DNA of 64,000 nucleotides from Candidatus Heimdallarchaeota archaeon (lineage in GTDB: Archaea > Asgardarchaeota > Heimdallarchaeia > JABLTI01), in NCBI GenBank assembly GCA_018238155.1, contig JABCTZ010000003.1:96001-160000 (forward strand), written 5' to 3'. The position numbers were made by a program, and so were the translations under genes. The notes under the pieces are model-generated. The model saw nothing but the letters and a program-made list of their open reading frames with translations, was not told where the DNA came from and did no database searches. Shown here one piece after another: positions 59,046 to 64,000 of the stretch; within the stretch, counting starts at the first letter, position 1; every line of letters starts with the position of its first letter.

Positions 59046-59990
59046 TTAGGCACTCTTTTCATTTTTCTTTTTCTTCTTATCTTTAGGATAGTCTCTCAAA
59101 AAGTATGAACAATTATCTGTAAATTGACAGAATTTACACATCCAATTCTGCGGACAATCAGAGGGCTTTCTTTCTCCTTTCCAATATCCAAGCGCCCACT
59201 CCATATCTACTTCAAAACTTTCTTGGTGATACAAGCTTCGATCATTACAAACTTCTGACCGATCTTCTTGATGAAGATAAATAGCGTGTAATTCAAATGA
59301 TTGCTCCGGAAGATTTCTTAGCATTTCAAATACTTTTGTTAAAAGCTCATGTGGAGGTATGGCTACGAATAGATTGACTTGTTCTTCTGGGAGTTGTTTA
59401 AGTAATTCTTCCGATGGAATTAATTCATCAGGCATATCAAAATAGCCTTTAAACATCTCAGCATTAAACTTGCCTGTTTTCAAATCATTCAGTAAGTGCC
59501 AATACACTTGCATTTGAATTCTATTTCTTCTTTTTTGTTCATATGTGGGTGTTCTTCGAGATTTTCGCGTTTTGTAATCTGTAATTACAACAAGTTTATT
59601 TCCTTCCTTATCAGTTTCAATTTCTAATTGATCAATTATTCCCAAGCATGGTATACCATTTATTTTACCAATAACAGGTAGCTCTCTAGTCACTTGTAAT
59701 TTACTAAATGCTACTAATTTTGAGTACATTTGTAGAATATATACGATGATGCTATCTTCATTTGTTGTTACTTCAACCTCAATAATTGGTCCTAGTTCTT
59801 CTTCAAGGCTTCGATGAATTTCTGAACCTTTGATCATTTCAGGTGTTGGTTCCATCCCTAATTGTAACCTTAAATGTAGCTGCATCTCACACCAAAACTG
59901 ATCTGCTATTTTGCTTGCTGATATATGATGAACCTGACCTTGGAAAAAATCCTCCTCACTTTCTGCTAAACCATTGTTTCGTTCACTCAT
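59046..59990 (-). CDS. Exonuclease V (Exo5)-like PD-(D/E)xK Fe-S nuclease
   Basis: WCEMQ, GSEIHRSLE, RELPVIG, GIIDQL, DYKTR, QMQVY, C-terminal CKFCQFTDNC. Confidence 0.75.
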   Translation of the reverse strand: MSERNNGLAESEEDFFQGQVHHISASKIADQFWCEMQLHLRLQLGMEPTPEMIKGSEIHRSLEEELGPIIEVEVTTNEDSIIVYILQMYSKLVAFSKLQVTRELPVIGKINGIPCLGIIDQLEIETDKEGNKLVVITDYKTRKSRRTPTYEQKRRNRIQMQVYWHLLNDLKTGKFNAEMFKGYFDMPDELIPSEELLKQLPEEQVNLFVAIPPHELLTKVFEMLRNLPEQSFELHAIYLHQEDRSEVCNDRSLYHQESFEVDMEWALGYWKGERKPSDCPQNWMCKFCQFTDNCSYFLRDYPKDKKKKKNEKSA

Positions 59991-60088
59991 ATTTGAAAAT
60001 AGAGACAGAAGTTGATTTTAATCTTACTGTTAATGAAAAAAATGGTTTGTGGGGTTTTTATTTATCATTTTGAATGAATCTATAGGCG

Positions 60089-60382
60089 ATGTCTGTGATT
60101 GTTGCAAAAGATAGGTTGGGAACGTTGGACTCGAGTGATTTTTTAGATAGTTTGGAAAACATTCCAAATCATTTTGCAACAATTTTTAGTAATGCTGTTG
60201 CTTTTTTAATTGCTGTTTGTTTTGCACTTGGAGTTATTCTTGCTATTATTGGCGCAATAAAATGGGCCACAGGTTGGGATGAACGTACAGGTAAGAAAAC
60301 AATAGTAAAAGGAATCGTACTTATTGCTCTTTCGTTAATCTCTGGAAGTTTAGGTATTGGAATAGTTACACTTACAGGATAA
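60089..60382 (+). CDS. Small 2-TM protein (TrbC/VirB2 pilin-like)
   Basis: Two hydrophobic helices joined by a KWATGWDERTGKK loop. Confidence 0.45.
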   Translation: MSVIVAKDRLGTLDSSDFLDSLENIPNHFATIFSNAVAFLIAVCFALGVILAIIGAIKWATGWDERTGKKTIVKGIVLIALSLISGSLGIGIVTLTG

Positions 60383-60491
60383 TAGACATAAGTAAAGTTT
60401 CCACACCATTCTTTTTGTAATAACTTTAAAAGTAATTATGTTATCTGTTATCTATATGAAATATAGAAATTATTTCTAGGAGATAAAAAAA

Positions 60492-61796
60492 ATGCAAATT
60501 GAGTTATCAAGAAAGTGGTTTTTAGTTGTTGTGGGATTAGCAGATTGGCGAACAAAAGCACAAGGATTACCTCATCAAGAGTATAAGGAATTACAGAAAG
60601 TAATTGATAATTATATTTCTCGAATAAATAAGGATTGTAGAAAAAAAGGTGGTTTAGTTACTAGTCTCTTCTGGTCACAGGAAAACCTCTCACCAACATT
60701 TTTATTAGAAGCAACTCAAACCAATGAGAATTTCTTGAAGGAGATGCGTGTTAAATTAAGCAATGTTACTGAAACAATTTATGCTAACCTCTCAAATGAT
60801 GAGCGGAATTCAACATTAGGTAAAAATATACAAGCAATTTCACCACAAGGACGTATACTCATCCTTGATTGTACTATTCCCGAAAGCAGTGATTTTATTC
60901 CTGATGATGATCATGTTTTATCCGCCTTTAGTGATGCATTTAACTCTGAATTTGTTACTATAAAACGAGCCGAACATGATTTTCAAGGCAGGAAAGAATG
61001 GTTAGCTGCAATGGATGCTCTCTTAACTCGAAATCTAATACGAGAAGTTGGTCCCGTTAAGAAAATAAAAGAAGCAAAAACTGTGGAAGGAAAGCGTTTA
61101 TATGAACGAAAGACACCTGGTGATTTTGAAAAAATAACTCGTATTTTACACGGAGCAGTCCCTTTCAGGTCTAGCTTATTTGATCTCAAACCACATTCTC
61201 AATCATCATTTGATTCAAGAGAAACTCTGGGACATATAGTGATTCACTACCTTGCTACTGGTGGTGACTTTCCAATAAAACTCAATTGGCGATCAAATAC
61301 TCATGAACGATTAGGACGAAGAACCGAAGAATTACAGCTGGTAGAATTTGAAGGAGTCGAATGGAAAGATTTAGACAAATTACTCTTAATTTCAAGAGAA
61401 ATTGCTTATGAGAATGTAGAGAAAACGATTTCTGATGTTGGAGGAATTAAATTCGATTCTCTTTGGACAGAGCAAGATTCGTCATCCAATATCTTTTTCC
61501 TCTCCAAATTCTCATTCACCGAAGATATTCTAAAAAATCTCAAGGAATTTATTATTTTAGACTCTCGAAAGCAATTAGAAGGACATATCGGTCCAAGTAC
61601 AGCTGCATTATTTGATGTTTGGCGTAGAGCGGGATTACATTTTAATATGATTATTTTTGAAATACGAGGTTTAGATCTTGAAGAAGATAAAAAATTAGTT
61701 GCTTGGATACAACAACTTAAAGAGAAAGCACCCCCAGGTCCAAATTATAATGCTGAAAAAGAAGTTTTAGAAGCGCGACACTATCGTCCATATTAG
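60492..61796 (+). CDS. Hypothetical protein
   Basis: 434 aa ORF with GGAG SD-like site; no motif recognised. Confidence 0.65.
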   Translation: MQIELSRKWFLVVVGLADWRTKAQGLPHQEYKELQKVIDNYISRINKDCRKKGGLVTSLFWSQENLSPTFLLEATQTNENFLKEMRVKLSNVTETIYANLSNDERNSTLGKNIQAISPQGRILILDCTIPESSDFIPDDDHVLSAFSDAFNSEFVTIKRAEHDFQGRKEWLAAMDALLTRNLIREVGPVKKIKEAKTVEGKRLYERKTPGDFEKITRILHGAVPFRSSLFDLKPHSQSSFDSRETLGHIVIHYLATGGDFPIKLNWRSNTHERLGRRTEELQLVEFEGVEWKDLDKLLLISREIAYENVEKTISDVGGIKFDSLWTEQDSSSNIFFLSKFSFTEDILKNLKEFIILDSRKQLEGHIGPSTAALFDVWRRAGLHFNMIIFEIRGLDLEEDKKLVAWIQQLKEKAPPGPNYNAEKEVLEARHYRPY

Positions 61797-61893
61797 GTGA
61801 TGTGGATTTTTTTTCCACAGAACTCTCTTTTTTTGTGCTTACTTTTTTGATTTTCGTCGATTTAAAAAGCATTTTTCATCATAGACTATTGAT

Positions 61894-62160
61894 GTGATGG
61901 AAATGATGAACCCAACCCAATTTCAAAAAAGAAAGCTTATACGGGAAGTTTGGGGAGAAAGTTGTTTAGAGTGTGATTTTACTAAGATACCTAATCTTCA
62001 TCTATACAGTTTGAAAAAAGAAGATGTTGCAGTTTTATCTTGCCCGTCTTGTGATTTCACTATTGTTGTTGTAGAAATTGAAACACTATACAAATCAAAT
62101 CTTAAAAAACACATAAACGAAGATAATAATGAAATTATTACAACTCATAGTGCAATATAA
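61894..62160 (+). CDS. Small Zn-ribbon protein
   Basis: CLEC...CPSC. Confidence 0.55.
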   Translation: MMEMMNPTQFQKRKLIREVWGESCLECDFTKIPNLHLYSLKKEDVAVLSCPSCDFTIVVVEIETLYKSNLKKHINEDNNEIITTHSAI

Positions 62161-62378
62161 TATTATCATTGATGCTCATGGAGACACTATCAAATCCTTG
62201 ATACACTGACAATCTTCAATCCATAAGAGAACTAAACTAAACTTTAGCTTGTTCAAGCGAGGCCTCGCAGAACTCGAAGTATCTATAAAACTGACATAAA
62301 ATTGTTCATAAACAAAGTATTTAATATACGAACATCCTCATAAATCATAGATTAAACGTGAAATTATGGTGATCTAAT

Positions 62379-62951
62379 TTGGGTAAAGTTATTGTGATAA
62401 TTTTTGCAGCTGTTTCATTGATTATTCTACCAATGTCATTCTACTATATAGGCGATACATCCATTGATCCACCAGATTATACCATCGAAATTCAAGGCAA
62501 TTTTTATGATACAAATATAGGTGATTTCTTTGGAGATCCCGGATTTTCCTTCTTAAAATTTTCGCCTTCTGGAAGTGTTATTTTTACACCCGACGCTTGG
62601 AATGCTGCGTTTACTGGTGAAGCAGTTTTCGGCATGGCCGCAGGGACATTTATGATGATTCTCTGGTATGTTGGTGTAGGTATGGCTTTAGTAGGAATAG
62701 TTGTAGCATTCTTTAAACCTAAAATATCTGGTATATTCTTTTTACTTGCAGCACTTGCATACGGATTTCAAGGAATTGTTTGGTACATAGGAATGACTGC
62801 CGAGTTTGTGAGCAGCCCGGAGGTAAAAGTATTCCCAATACCCTTGGGAGCACTATTCTTCGTAGTAACTGCTATTATTGCTTTTACAACGAAAAAGAAA
62901 GAAGCATATTACTACTCTCCTGGTTATTCATATGGCTATGGAAGACGGTAA
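62379..62951 (+). CDS. 4-TM membrane protein with Tyr/Gly tail
   Basis: One TM, an extracellular loop, three TMs, tail YYYSPGYSYGYGRR. Confidence 0.65.
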   Translation: MGKVIVIIFAAVSLIILPMSFYYIGDTSIDPPDYTIEIQGNFYDTNIGDFFGDPGFSFLKFSPSGSVIFTPDAWNAAFTGEAVFGMAAGTFMMILWYVGVGMALVGIVVAFFKPKISGIFFLLAALAYGFQGIVWYIGMTAEFVSSPEVKVFPIPLGALFFVVTAIIAFTTKKKEAYYYSPGYSYGYGRR

Positions 62952-63090
62952 TAAAAACAATTGAAAAAATGGGGTTCTCCCATTTTCTTATCTCTCTTTT
63001 TAAATTCACTTTTAAACCTTTATTTTCAAGGTAATAATTTTATTAAAATGTGTTAGGTGAATTGGAACCTACCCAATCACAAGAAAACAA

Positions 63091-63741
63091 ATGAGTGATT
63101 ACAATTTGATGGACCCAAACGATGAGTCTATTGTTTATTGGCGAAAAAAAAGTTTCTACTTAAATATCACAAATCGCTGTACAAATAACTGTGTTTTTTG
63201 TGTAAGAAATTATAAAACCGCTGTGTTTGGTTTTAACTTGAAATTAACAAGAGAACCAACAGAACAAGAAATTATTAATGAACTAAGAAAATATTTGACA
63301 AATGCATTCGAAGAAGTAGTTTTTACGGGTTATGGAGAACCTCTCGAACGTTTGGATGCTGTTTGTAATATTTCAAGAGAAATAAAGAGACTATTTCCTG
63401 AAATAATTGTAAGGCTAGATACTAATGGATTGGGGCAGCTAATTAATCCCGATATTGATGTTATTATGGAATTAAAACTAGCAGGAATAAATCAAGTTTC
63501 AATCAGTTTAAACGCAAGTAATGCAGAGCAATATAATAAAATATGCCGATCAAAATTTGGCAAACAATCCTTTGAAGCAATACAGGATTTTGCTAAAGCG
63601 GCTAAGTATATTTTCAAAACTAATTACACAATAGTTGCTATACCTCAAATTGATATTCAAGCTTGTCAGAACATAGCCAAAGAACAAGAAATTTTCTTGA
63701 AAATTCGACAATACTCTGGTCCAGATTTAGTCATTGAATGA
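63091..63741 (+). CDS. TatD-associated-type radical SAM protein
   Basis: YLNITNRCTNNCVFCVR, EVVFTGYGEP, RLDTNG. Confidence 0.88.
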   Translation: MSDYNLMDPNDESIVYWRKKSFYLNITNRCTNNCVFCVRNYKTAVFGFNLKLTREPTEQEIINELRKYLTNAFEEVVFTGYGEPLERLDAVCNISREIKRLFPEIIVRLDTNGLGQLINPDIDVIMELKLAGINQVSISLNASNAEQYNKICRSKFGKQSFEAIQDFAKAAKYIFKTNYTIVAIPQIDIQACQNIAKEQEIFLKIRQYSGPDLVIE

Positions 63742-63856
63742 AATACTGACAATACTTTCGGTGAACTCTTACTATAATTAGTGCTTTTTAAGCAAAAAAA
63801 TTATAGTATTGTAATGAGAACAATGGTTCTTTATGATGAAAGGAAAGGTAAAGGTA

Positions 63857-64000
63857 ATGGCTTGTGCAAAAACGGAGAATTACATCCAAAATGGTATAAT
63901 TGCATTAGAACAAAGGGATTTAGCAATTGCGACAGAAAATTTTTCTAAAGCCCTGATAGAAGAAAATAGTAGTGAACCTGAATATTGGTGTTTATTAGCT
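63857..64000 (+). CDS. TPR protein (partial, runs off window)
   Basis: MACAKTENYIQNGIIALEQRDLAIATENFSKALIEE...EYWCLLA. Confidence 0.55.
   Translation, partial: MACAKTENYIQNGIIALEQRDLAIATENFSKALIEENSSEPEYWCLLA

Noticed and set aside
59046-59990. CRISPR-associated Cas4
   Set aside because: No cas1/cas2 or array in the window; length and motifs fit Exo5-like nucleases better.

Overview
AT-rich archaeal DNA, very likely from an Asgard archaeon (possibly Heimdallarchaeia-like). The evidence is archaeal PheS/PheT, Cbf5, L14e and RadA, intron-containing tRNAs, and eukaryotic-signature genes (ESCRT-I UEV-Vps23 and Vps28, ESCRT-II Vps22, a longin-like protein, an Exo5-like nuclease). The most striking structure is at 5.0-11.8 kb. 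A tRNA(CAU) gene with two BHB introns (37/38 and T-loop 58/59) is followed by 7-8 same-orientation copies of tRNA 3' ends (T-arm + acceptor strand + CCA), mostly 0.5-1.3 kb apart. These copies delimit 1-2-gene cassettes: PIN-TM nuclease, glutaredoxin/HxlR, methyltransferase, HicBA, Zn-finger, a hypothetical protein and a signal peptidase. Four copies match the spliced, intron-less tRNA; three or four derive from a different tRNA. Five sit 12-23 bp past a cassette gene's stop codon, and no integrase is visible in the window. This is a candidate integron-like, tRNA-anchored gene-cassette array. Other notable items are a circularly permuted triosephosphate isomerase-like protein, an unannotated small secreted peptide divergent from a large HTH protein, a RadA/Hel308-SWIM/Exo5 neighbourhood and convergent pheT/pheS. 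All family assignments come from motif recognition by eye, not from database searches.
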